A stretch of 64,000 bases of DNA. Origin: Selaginella moellendorffii. Its lineage: Eukaryota; Plantae; Lycopodiophyta. Positions 38,418 through 50,288 of this stretch are shown here, in pieces. Numbering within the stretch: the first letter of the stretch is position 1; every line of letters starts with the position of its first letter. The position numbers and the translations under genes were made by a program. The stretch spans positions 819,991-883,990 of the forward strand of contig NW_003314315.1 in the NCBI RefSeq assembly GCF_000143415.4, in the 5' to 3' direction. The notes below the pieces were generated by a model. That model did no database searches. It had not been told where the DNA came from and saw only the letters and a program-made list of their open reading frames with translations.

Positions 38418-40174
38418 TTAGAGAAGCACGCTTGATTTCTCTGGCAACAGCACGCAATTCTCCGACCTCTCAAACTCCTTGAAGGATCGGTCACCAGTGA
38501 TGTAGAACACAAAGGCGGGCGGGGACTTGTCAAGGATGTACGTCACTGCTCCAAGAGGGAGGCAGAGCATGGAGACGTGTACCACAGCGAGTGCTGCCAC
38601 TAGCCAAGCGAAAAGAAAGCCGTAGCTCGGGTAAAGCGTCCAGGCCTTCCCGAATATTGGGAGTGCCATTGCGAAGACCGAGTCGGAGACACCTTCCCTG
38701 CCAAAGAAACAAAAGAATATCAGAGATCTTTGATTGATCAAAACTGTCACACCTGTAATCGAATGTCTGGAGATATGGATCTACAACCGCTGAAACGCCT
38801 CCCGTGGAGCATCGGAACCAACTAAAGCCATTCTCCACGACACGGAAAGTATCGGCCTCTTTCACCCGGGGACCGATTGGTCCCCAAGTCGCGGCTGGTT
38901 GGAGCATGATATCAATCCTGCCAAAGCACAACCAAGAACTTAGAACTCTACCATACTGAAAGTTTGCTCTACCTCTTTTTCCCGGCCTGGCGCATCAGGT
39001 CTGGAAACTCGAAATCGTAGCAAATAGCTCCTCCAATCCGGCCGAGCTCGGTCTTGATGGCAGGAAGAATGGGATCCCCTGGAGTTCCATATGACTCCAC
39101 GAATGGAACCAAGTGCGCTTTCCTGTAGCTAAATCCAATGGAGCCATCGGGAAGAACGAGCTCGAAATAGTTCCCGACTCTTCCAGTGCTCGCATCCTTG
39201 TACTCGTAAGTGATGCCAACGTAGGCGCCGTGCTGGGAAGCGATCTGCCCGGCTCCGAATTGGAGAGAGTACCTGTCCTGTTTGAGGTGGAGTTTCACCG
39301 CAGCCTCGGACCAGAGCACCAATCGATCGCCGGCTCGGAGGCGCTGGTTCGTCCTGTTGAGCATCACATCCATGTCCTCGTAGGAGAGGAGCTTGCCCAG
39401 GACGCAAGAGACCGGCACTGTTTTCTTCATCGTGAGGGCGATGTCCTTCTGGAAGAAATCGCCCGAGAAAATGGAGATCCTGGCGCTGCCGTAGAATAAA
39501 ATGGAGATGGCAATGGTCCCAAACGCCAGGGAGTGGCCGCGATGCATCTGCATGGCACGCTTCTTGTCGGATTTCTCCATCTTGAGAAGATTCTCGTCGA
39601 GAACGGCGCTGTCGTGGAGAATCGCCGAGAACCACGCCATGAGGAATGCGATCCCATCGATCCCCCACACGCCGGCGCTCATCACTAGCGGCAAGATTGT
39701 AACCTGCGAAACTGCGGGATGGAGGAAGGAGCCAACGCCGCCGAATCGGTTCCACAACAACCACACCGTGGTCCAGATCGACGCGAATACCAGCGGCTGG
39801 GACGTTCTTGCTCGATCAAAACGCTTCCTGTAGCTGATGCTTGCAAGAAATGGGAGGAGAAGAAACATCCAGAGCGCCAGTGCCCAGATTATTCCCACAA
39901 TTGGCACGCTGCTGGCCTTGGAGTTGTCCGGGCTCACTTTTCCCGGGAAGAATGTCAGGAACGCCAGGTTCGCGGCAGTAGTGTGGAGGATGAGCGCCAG
40001 GAGAATTGTGAGCGCCGCGGAGCTCCACGAGCAAGAATTGCGCGAAATCCCTGATTTGTGGAAGAAATGCAGGAGGAAAAATGGTTGGAGCCAAGAACAA
40101 ATTGCAACTGATTGGAAACCGGAGAAGAATGTGCATGCCACCGAGAGAATGGCAAGGAGTGCCGCCTTCGTCAT
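38418..40174 (-). CDS. Apolipoprotein N-acyltransferase (Lnt)-like membrane protein, nitrilase/CN-hydrolase superfamily; exons 40174-38973, 38917-38753, 38697-38418
   Basis: Multi-TM N-terminus; triad motifs LWSE, YRKAHLVPFVE and ICYD; FRVVENG; C-terminal TM after TLY. Two 55-nt GT-AG introns keep the frame. Confidence 0.88.
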
Positions 40175-43100
40175 GTCTCTCGCCGCTTGTTTCAATGTAG
40201 TGGTAATTTATATTCCTGGGATAACAATTTATTTTTACTTAAATGAATCAACTAAAAAGTTAATGTGAATTTTATATGGGTTATTTATAAAGTGTAAGGA
40301 ACATACTATGAATATCCAGGTATATTCGAGGATATATTTCAATCTAACGGTTTTGATTTTTTCAGTTTTAAAATTCATTTCTTCAATGCTTATCTTAAAT
40401 ATAAACCAAAAAATTCCTTTTTGATTTGCTTGTAATACAAGATTTTAACTCAACAAAATATCTTTTTAGCATATCCATTCACAAATATCCTCCATTCGTT
40501 CTTTTTTCATTATAAAACATTCAAAGTTATAACACAATTACATTTGGTTGAGTTGCCACTTTGGTTTTAAAAGTTGCAGCCAAGTGGCTATGGAAGTGGG
40601 TTTTTTCTTTGCAATCATTGGATGATTATTACTTCCTAATTCACTATCACTTAAAGAACTTAAGCTTCTAGATTTCTATAATTCTTGGATATATTGAAGT
40701 GCAAAAGTTTTGGATTTTCACACAAAGGCAATGTGAGAGTGCAATAATATTTTATGTTATTTAGATAGGGATAAGGTTCCCACAATAATCTTAACAATAA
40801 GAAATTCGTATTTCCAATTTTATATTATTAAATTTGGTAATAAACTCCCTTTGAGAGAATTTAGAGTTGAATCATAACTATATTAATATTTTAAGAGTAC
40901 ATTCTTTAAAGACTTGACAATTGTCACACCAAAACTTTGCCACTAACACAATTTAGATCATAAGGATGTATTTTATGTTATATATGACTGCTCTAGCCTT
41001 CCAGTGCTTCATGCTTTATTTCAACAAATTCTATGACTTAGTCAAATTAATGACTTTTTTTCTTTTTAGATGAATTTAGAGCTAGAAGACTGAGTGAGTA
41101 TAGAGTGAAATAAATTATATCAAAATTTGTGGTAACAAATTTTAGGAATAGCAACCAAAATACTCAAATAATGTATACAAAAACTAAGAAATTATAAAAT
41201 AGACTAGTTCCTTTTATGCAAAATAAATCTTCTAATTCATGTTCTGAAAAGGATATTGTAGATTCAAACACAACCAAGACTTTTTTCCATATAAATAAGT
41301 AAGTATTGCTATGATAAATTTGAAATTTGACATATAAAAAGCATAAAACTAAAGGATTTAAATAAGTTACTTATATGATTATTTTTGCTATGTGGTCCAA
41401 CCACTAGAGCAAAGCAATGCCAAAAATCTTTGCTTTTCAAGAACAAATTATAATGCCTTTCATCTCCATTAATGTGATTAAAGTTGGAAATAAGCTGGAG
41501 ACATTATCTCTATCAACATAAAGATTGGAGAGGATCTATCCTCACGAAGTATATAAGTGTTATTGACAGTTGGTACAACTTTTATTTTTTAGCATTCTCA
41601 CACATATCATGAATATCAAGATTAAAGAATTGGCATAATTTGATTATCAGATGAAAGAAAAATATCAAGCACTAGGGAATAGAGTCCATTTATAAATGTG
41701 AGGTTAATTAATATTCAAGAAAGAGGCATTAAGGAGTAAAAGGTTAAAGGTTATAGAATCTTTTAACAAGATAACATCTAAGAAGTGTAACTTAAAACTT
41801 CCATGCTTGATTGGAAAAATGTATTAAGAATTTCTGCAAAAACAAATAACTAACCATCCTACTTGTTTTTTTGCCATGTGTTCACATCTCTTTTGATGAA
41901 ACATAAAGACTATGTATAAATGACTCTTTTATGCATAAAATCACAACTAAATTTGTTTCGTTTGAGGCCTTTTTAAACCAAAGTATCATAAATATTCATT
42001 TCATGTTAGAAGGTGATATATTAGATATTACTTATGTCCTTACATGGGGAACTCAAGGAAACTATACAGTGGAGAATATGAAAAGTTGTGTCATTAGGCC
42101 CAAGTGACTCTACATAACAACTAGATCGTCTAAATCACAAATCAAGGACATAAAATATTTAGATCACCCTAGACTAAAGATAGTTATAATTGTGGTTGTT
42201 TACAAAGCCTTTAACACACTTCTTTGTAAGTAAATGAAGCTCAACTAGCTTCACTAAAACATTTGAATAGAAAAAAACTATCTACAAAGTGTTTATGAAT
42301 GACATGATAATCCTCTAGATTCTAGCATAACAAATAATAACACATTGACATTAAATAGGAGAAAAGAAACAAAATATAAACCTACTCATTGATTTCTTAG
42401 TGATGGATGCCCAACTCTTATAGAATTGTTGATGCAATTAGTTTAAATAATTAAAAACTCCAAAAGCATGATGATATAAATACTATGAGCTTTGAAAGAC
42501 CTTTTCCAACCAACCACTCCTTAGTTCTTGCAAAGATCCATCAGTTTATACTTCACTATACATAACTTTGAGAGGCGGGAAAAAATTATTTATATTTATA
42601 AACCTTAACAATCTTTTGCCTATCACCCTTGAGCCAAGGATCACATGGCACTCTGCCCATATTTGCTCCATCCATATCCAACACCCCTCATAGATCAAGA
42701 GAACAAATCAAGAAGATCAATTATCAACTAATATGTACATGGGAAATAATGTCTTGAATTGATTTAAAGATGGATTCAGAGTTATCCTATCCCAGAAGGA
42801 AATATGTTAAAATTGTTACAATATAAATGCTCTAGTTTCCCTCAGTTCACATAGGTCTTCTCAATCCAACTTCAAACCCTTGAGGGAGGCCTTGGACCCG
42901 ACACTAATTTGACAATCAACCATATTAGTGATCATTGTTAATGGCAAATATCAATAAAATTTTGCCCATAATTGTGCCTAATTATTATATTCAAATTGTC
43001 ATAAAAAATATTTTTAAAAACCTAATTTTAAAAGTATGCTATGAGGGCCAAGTACAATGCTATATACTAATATTAGCGTAGTGGGATTTTGGTAGCCGTT

Positions 43101-43195
43101 GGATTGGTTTCAATCCGACCACTCACTTCTGTATATAAGCTAGGGTTTTTGGGCTAATTGATATACACATTTCTCTATTCCTTTTGCATATTTCA

Positions 43196-43215
43196 GGAGA
43201 TGAGGGGCACCGTTG
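43196..43215 (+). promoter_or_regulatory. Putative PBS resembling the complement of the tRNA-Ala 3' end
   Basis: ggagatgaggggcaccg directly after the 5' LTR, similar to (tggt)ggagatgcggggcatcg. Confidence 0.45.
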
Positions 43216-46200
43216 ATTGTCCTTGAGGAGTGCTTGGATTTAGGATTTTGGTTTAGATCTAGCTTTTGCATCATCTAGATCTAGCTTTTTCCATTTCTTT
43301 TATTTTGTTCTTTCCTTTTAGGATTTTGGTTTAGATTTAGCTTTTTGCATTGTCTAGATCTACCATTTTCTTCTACCTTCTTGTCATTTCTCTTCTTTTG
43401 CTTTTTTTTTTTCATTCATCTTCATGGTAGATCAGTAATCTTCTCCTTTGACTCTGGAGCAGCAGTTGATATAATTGCTTCATGCTATGCGCTTGCAATT
43501 GAACAACCAAACTTAGTTGATGGCGGCATTTATGACACGTGGTACAACTCCTCTTGCTCTTAGTGCCAATCCTTGCATTCAGTCGGAGTTCTTTTGTGGG
43601 AATTCTAGGGATGATGTGTATCATTGGTTTGATCACTTCATGGTGATTACTACGTATCATTCTTGGGATGATGTTCGACGTTTGCATGAGTTTTTGACGT
43701 GTCTCCAAGGGATGGCATTGCAGTGGTACAATGGTTTGAGGGCAGCCACTTGTGGGGATTGGAGTGTTCTCCCAGATGTCTTTAAACGCGCCTTCGGATA
43801 TGCTGATGTTTGTGATGATGCCTTTTAACAATTGCATTGTCTTCGCCAAGGACCATTTAAGTTAGTGATGCAATTTGGCATTTGTTTCCGAAGTCTTTTG
43901 CTTCGTGCGGAGCCAAATATGTTAGAAAATTTATCAAGCTAGGAATGTTGTGGCCAGCATTTCATCAAGATCTGGTCGAACTTATCCATACACTTGCTCT
44001 TGCCACCCTTGACAATGCTCTTCACTTGGTACAATGTTGGTAGGCGTATGATGAAGTTGGTCATACTTATCGGCATTTTCTGGATTGGCGACCTCCATTT
44101 TCTAGGTGGAGACCTTGGCATCAACAATGTCTTGTTGGTGCTGCTGCAGTGGACGGTTTGGACACCGAGATACATCCGGGAAATGAGGAGTCGTGTGAGT
44201 AATGGAGGGACCTTGCGTAAATAAGTTAGTGACCCCTCCATCTTTCTTTCGGGAGTATCATCAAGGGGTTCACTCAACACCGGTTCATCCAGGGTTTACT
44301 TTCCAAGTTCGTTTTTATAATAAGGGGTCTCCTATTATTCTCTCTGTGTTGGTTGATATAGGTTCGAGTTTATCTTCTATTGCTCGACCTGTTGCCACAC
44401 GTTGTTGTCTACACTTGCATCATGCGGCAGAACTAGTTTTCATTTTTTATGGCAACGGCCGTACACATGTATGTGCACGGGATGAAGCGGACCTAATTGT
44501 GCATGTGGGTGATCTCGAGCTTGAGTTGCAGTCATTGCGGGTGGTGCCGAGTCAAGCTTTTGCCCTCATTCTTGGTATGGATTGGTTGCAGCGCAATCAT
44601 GCTAAATGTGATTTTGAGGCTTCTCCCCCTTATCTCATACTTCCTTATGTTTCATCTATTCCTCTCACTTCTGTACCTTTTTGTCCTTCTACTTCCATTA
44701 CTTTTGTTCCCCCACTATTTCCTCTTATATTTCCGTCTTGTTTTGCTCTTCCCTTTTCCGATCCCTCCAACGATCTTTGTGTTGTAGCGGTTGACCGGCT
44801 CATGAAGGAGTATTCTGATCTCTTTGAATTTGACCTATCGTTTGGGGCCAAGATTGCCACACATCATCCAATTCCAACTGGGGATGCTCGTCCAATCAAG
44901 GTTCCCGTTCGTCGTTGGTCACCCAAGGAGATCAAGATTTTACGTGCAAACGTCAAGGAGATGTTGGAGAAGGGTGTTATTCGGAAGTCGCGGAGGCATG
45001 TGAACCTCATCTTATGATGAAGCCTGATGGGAGTATTCATTTCTGTATCGACTATTGCCTATTAAACGAAGTGATGATCCCAGATGTGTACCCTTTTTCT
45101 CACACTACTGATCTCTTGGATCGTTTGGGGTGAAGTCGTTAGTTCACCAAGCTAGATCTTGCTTCTGGGTACTGGCAAGTACTAATGGCTGAAGAAGATA
45201 TTCCTAAGATTGCTTTTTGTACATCATTTGGTTTATATGAGTTTTTGGTGATGCTATTTGGTTTGAACAATGCTCTAACAACTTTTCAGCGAATGATGGA
45301 CGAGGTTCTTTGCGATATGCCGAAGATGATTGTTGACTTTATTGATGATATCTTGATCCATTCAGAGGGGATGTGGGAGGAGCATGTTCATAATGTTTGT
45401 AAAGTGTTGGATCGGTTACGCGACGTTGGTTTAAAGCTGAAGCAGTCAAAATGCGTGTTTAGGTCCAAGGATACAATTTATCTTGGGTACCATATTTCTT
45501 GTGAGGGTTTGCAAGTTGATCATGACAAACTTGTGGCTATTCTAAAGTTCCCAACTCCAAAGTGTATGAATGATGTGCAGCGCTTATTGGGCAAGGTGCA
45601 GTATTTCGGTCGTTTTGTGGATCATCTTTCTAATCACACTGCACCGTTGCGACCATTGTTGAAGTCATCAACATCATCTTTCATCTAGTCTCCGGATTGT
45701 GAGCTGGCGTTTGTGGATCTTAAAGAGCTATTGACGACTCGTCCAGTTTTGGCATATCCTGACTACACTTGACTTTTTATTTTGCACGTGGATGCTTCTA
45801 ACATTGGTCTTGGAGGTGTGTTGATGCAAGAGAGTTCGAGTGTGCCTGGTCAGCACTATCCCATTGTATATATAAGCTATATATTACAACCAGCGAAGAT
45901 GAACTACTCCACAATAGAGAAGGAGTGTTTAGCAACAATCTGGAGAAACTTCATGCATATCTACATGGTTCTTGGACATTACTTGAAGGTGATCATGCTA
46001 CTATTACTTCATTATTGAAGTGAAAGAACATGGTTGGTCGTACTATTCGATGGGCTTTAAAGTTTCAGATATATGATTTTGATATTGTTCATCACCCAGG
46101 GAGTTTTATGGCTAATGTTGATGCCCTTTCTCTAGCTCCTCTTCCTTCTCCACTCTCTTCTTATGTTCCTGACGAGCTTGTTGTTCCAGCATCTGTGGAT

Positions 46201-46738
46201 TTTCTAGACAAGTATTCTATGCCGTCGGTAGTTGCTATACTTGACGTTTAGTGTCCACAAGGCGCAGAGCAAGATCTACCTTCTTTTGATGAGGTTCGCG
46301 AGGCTCAAAAGATTAAGCCATGGATTTGAAGGCTTCAAGATGGGTTTGAGAATCCTGCATCACTTGCTGATGACTTGCCTTTCCAGCACTTACATTCTCA
46401 ATATCACCTTCAAGATGGCCTTCTTTATTTTGTGAGGATGGATCTTAATGATCATTTACGGCTGGTGGTGCCTTCTATCTTTATTCTGCAATTTCTCCAT
46501 GCCTACCATGATTCTCCTGTTCTAGGTGATGAGACATTGTCGTGTAACCAAGAAGTTGCATAAATCTTTCTATTGGTCAGAGCGTAACTGCGTTTGGTGC
46601 CAAGCTCGTAATACTCCCCCTCGTGTTGGGGAAGGATGGTTAGAGTCAATTGCAGTTTCCCATCTGTTTGAGTTGGTGGCGTTTGATCTTATGAGACCTT
46701 TTCCATGGTCGACTGCTGGCAATGAGTATGTTATTATT

Positions 46739-47891
46739 TGTAGCGCACGTGGTTTTGACCCTTTATCCTATGGTGATTTACCATAGGATAACACCACGAA
46801 GCGGAACCTAAACCCTCTTTGTGCCACGTGACAGATGCCATGTGTCACATACCACGTGTCCATGCCACGTGTCCATAGGAACCCGAGGTTCAGGGCCTTG
46901 GGCCACTGAACGAAGGAACGGTGCCAAACTCCCAAGCGTGACGCCAAGGAGTGATGAAACCGGACCACGGAGCAACTCCCGAGCATATAGCCCAAGGAGC
47001 GAAGGGACAGGAGCCCGGAGCGACTTGGAACAGTCCTGGAGCAACCAGCATACCAATGCCAGGACCAGCACGCAAAACGGAGCCAAACGGAGTCTGGCGC
47101 TATTTCGGCATACCGGTGGCCTAACGTGAGGATATGGGTACTCCACCAACTAGCATGGAATGGAACTTGGGCTTAGACCCAAGCCGGACGCAGAACAAGG
47201 ACAGGCACGCAAGCGGGAGCTAGACTATGCCTCAGGTTGGTCGGCCATGCCCGACCTACCCACTATCCCTACTATACATTTGGAACCCCCCATAGCCCCC
47301 CCCCCCCCCCCCTTGAGGAACACACGCTTTGGGCTTTCACCCCAAGCCTCCCTTAGTATCAGGAGTTAGTCTCTGGGACAAGCTCGAAACTTACTAAATA
47401 TGGAATGTCCCTAGATTGTGAATTTGGACACGGGACGAACACCATTGTGTTCAGGCCGATCTCTACATTCCGTAAATATGCCAAATGAGCAAATCTGGAC
47501 ACTTTCCATAAATAGCATTTGGGACCGAAATGAGACTAACACAAAGGGCTTGATAGCGAGGGTGTTTGGCAGACACGGTAAGCTATCATCCAACGATATT
47601 GAGGGACCAATCTCAATACGCGAGGGTTCTTGTCAAGCTAGTGCAAGACAGAGCAAAAGAGAACTAAAAAGCCGGGCCAAGTATGCTTGGCCAAATAGAC
47701 ACTTAGGAATTCCGTCCTTATGCTCATCCGGCCAAGTACAGATGCTAAGTCCAGTTTACTAACACTTGAACAAGAGGGACTAATAAAGGGTCCAGCAATA
47801 CCGACCTCCTGCCATCGTGGCAGTAAGGAAAGAGTGTCCGTAAGGACTGGTCGACAGGTAACTTTCGATACCCGAAGTCACATTCGCGACA
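46739..47891 (-). mobile_element. Solo LTR (1153 bp) with 5-bp TSD TTATT, inserted in the host integrase
   Basis: TGTAGCG...CGCGACA termini; TTATT at 46734-46738 and 47892-47896. Host integrase reading resumes after it. Confidence 0.92.
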
Positions 47892-47910
47892 TTATTGTTT
47901 CTGACTACTT

Positions 47911-48090
47911 GACTCGTTAGGTGGAAGTTGGTGCTTTTGCTAACGCTTATGCAACTGTTGTTAGATACTTCTGTAAACTTCTGAATTTAGACTTCTCTAG
48001 TCAGACTCGTTAGGTGGAAGTTGGTGCTTTTGCTAACGCTTATGCAACTGTTGTTAGATACTTCTGTAAACTTCTGAATTTAGACTTCTC
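47911..48090 (+). repeat. 87-bp direct duplication (47911-47997 and 48004-48090) spanning the host/TRIM junction
   Basis: Apparently identical copies separated by TAGTCA. Confidence 0.9.
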
Positions 48091-48491
48091 GAGAAGTCAC
48101 CCATCCCAGTACTATTCAAACCCAAGGACACTTAACCCCAAGTATCCCAAGACCCTATGAATCATTTCTCGAGTCGTTCCCTTTAGTTGTTTACAATCCA
48201 CCACACTTTCTTGCAAGTTCACGCCCTTGTGAATGGAAGTTGAGAGCCATAGCTCTCCAGAGAGCCCCACTCTCTTGACACCCTACCCCTCGGGTCGAGC
48301 CCAGTGGGAGCAAATTAGACCTACCAAATGTCAATCGATATGTGGTGCGATTCCCCTAGCCAACCAACAGAGTCGGACTCAAGACCCCTCTGATACCAAA
48401 TGTAAACTCCTAAATTTAGACTTCTCGGGAGGTCACCCATCTCAGTATTATTCAAACTCAAGGACGTTTAACCCTAAGTATCCCAAGACCC
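48065..48491 (-). mobile_element. Cassandra-like TRIM with 5S rRNA-derived sequence in its LTRs (3' LTR 48065-48195, truncated 5' LTR 48401-48491)
   Basis: Minus strand gttaagtgtccttgggtttgaatagtactgggatgggtgacttctcgagaagtc resembles the 5S A-box/IE/C-box. PBS TGGTATCAGAG at 48388-48398; PPT at 48196-48212; TGTAAAC...GTTTACA termini; ~205-bp non-coding interior. Confidence 0.85.
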
Positions 48492-49489
48492 TTAACCGAT
48501 TGGAATGTTCCTCTAGATCCCGGCCCGTCTACAAGAGAACTCTGATGGTCTTCCATATCCCGGCTCGTCTACAGAGAACTCTAATGGTCTTCCATTATTC
48601 CAAGAGGAGGGGATGATGTGAGGGCCAAGTGTATGGTTACGATGCCATATACTAATATTAGTATAATGGGATTTTGGCAACCGTCAGATTAGTTTCAATC
48701 CGGACCATTCGCTCCTATATATAAGCTAGGGTTTTTGGGCTAATTGATATGCATATTTCTGTATTCCCTTTTTATATTCCATGCACTCACAATGCAAAGC
48801 TCTCAAATACAATTATCTTTTTTTATTAGGAATATTGAATAATTATATTCTGTATTAAATACTTAATATAACCTAAATAATATATATATTATTACTAATG
48901 TGAACGTTGTCAGCTATCAAAGCTGAGGGTTTCATTGTAAGAGTATGAACATGAAATGAAGCAAATCTTAGCACAAACACCAAACTACCTAAATTGGAGC
49001 ACTTAGCATGGAGCAACAACAGATTTACACATGGATTGAACCAAAAAAAGAGGTTGCACACTAAATGGAATGAAGATAGAGACTTGGCAATAAAAGAACA
49101 AAAAAAAAAAAAAAAAAAAAAAAAAAGTTGTTTATTTCTTAGTAAAAAGACTTTAGTCTAGCAATGAGAAAAACTAAAAGGTTTCCCTACACATAACTAT
49201 CCTTTATGTTGCAGTGACTTATCTCTAAAACAAAGCATAAAATTTGGTTTACTTAAATCAACTAAACCAACTTAAAAGACAGTGAAACTCTTATTATAAT
49301 AATTTACTTGTAGCAATGTTTGGTTTGCTTAATAATAGTGTCATTTTTATTTATTATTTTTGAATAATTCAATTGATCGATAATTATAAATATGTTTATA
49401 ATTTATAAATCAAGATTAATATTATTACATATCAACCATCAATATAAATAAGAATATATTAGAAAATGTTTAAGAAATTTTATAAAAAT

Positions 49490-49595
49490 ATAAAAATGTT
49501 TATAAATTATAAATACAAAAATAATCTAAATAAATAACAACCGTTAAATGGTAAAATATCCTAAAATATCTAAGTATATTCTAAATATATTCACG
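49490..49595 (+). repeat. AT-rich dispersed repeat, also at about 24235-24330
   Basis: Shared tgtttataa..tataaa.aca...aatctaaat.aataacaac...aatatcct.aatatc.aagtatattcta. Confidence 0.6.
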
Positions 49596-50288
49596 ACCTT
49601 TTAAGCAAACCAAAAAGAGCTCGCACTCAATCCACTCCACATTTGCCATCGATCTGTACACCAAGTGTAGCCATCTGGAGACACAAAACACTGTCTCTTG
49701 GATTGCCTGCTAAACTGTTCTCCCATGGCTGTCTCAAAAAACCAGTGGAGAGTGAAGCAGAGAGGCTGGCAATGAAAGAGAAGACAAGGATCGAAAGGCA
49801 TGGTCACTAAGTCAAGACCCCTAGGTGAACCCATCCCTACAGCCATCACTGAGGAGAGAAAAGAAAGAATGAATCCACCTGATGCTCACCAAATAGGCAA
49901 AGAAGCCATGCACGGAGAATGCTGTCCTGGAAGGAACACCCGCAACCTAACTGCCCAAAAGATTTACGGCAAGGGGCTGCCTTGTTCACAATTCTCGAGG
50001 AGCAGCGGCAGGAATGTGGTTAAAAAGAAGATTTATCCCTCGCAAGTTTTCCAGGAGCAAAGGGAAAAACAGCTGTTGCTCCAGCCCCCTCGGCCACGCC
50101 CAAACATCACAAAAAAATTTCCATGAGCACACAAACTAGGAAAACGATTTTTACCCAGTTACCTCCCATCCCAGGCTGTGCTGCCTCAAACATCAGGGAA
50201 ATATTTCCCTCCCCCAGGCCTGAGATCGGACGGCTGCGGCAGGTTGGGCAACTGGTTGTGGATGGATAACTACTTTACTAATTGGTTA

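Larger units (their letters stand above)
43040..48781 (+). mobile_element. Degenerate Ty3/gypsy element with short LTRs (43040-43195 and 48617-48781), carrying nested insertions
   Basis: LTR pair (t)atgagggccaag...atatttca / tgtgagggccaag...atattcca; PPT agaggagggga at about 48603. Motifs VDIGSS, FIDD, VDASNIGLGGVL, GNEYVII|VSDYLTR, with many stops. Confidence 0.9.

Noticed and set aside
43036-43039. ATGC as TSD of the 43-48 kb gypsy element
   Set aside because: The right-hand copy overlaps the terminal A of the LTR, so it is ambiguous.
49600-50285. GC-richer non-coding block, possible ncRNA or miRNA precursor
   Set aside because: No known RNA motif or long hairpin recognised by eye.
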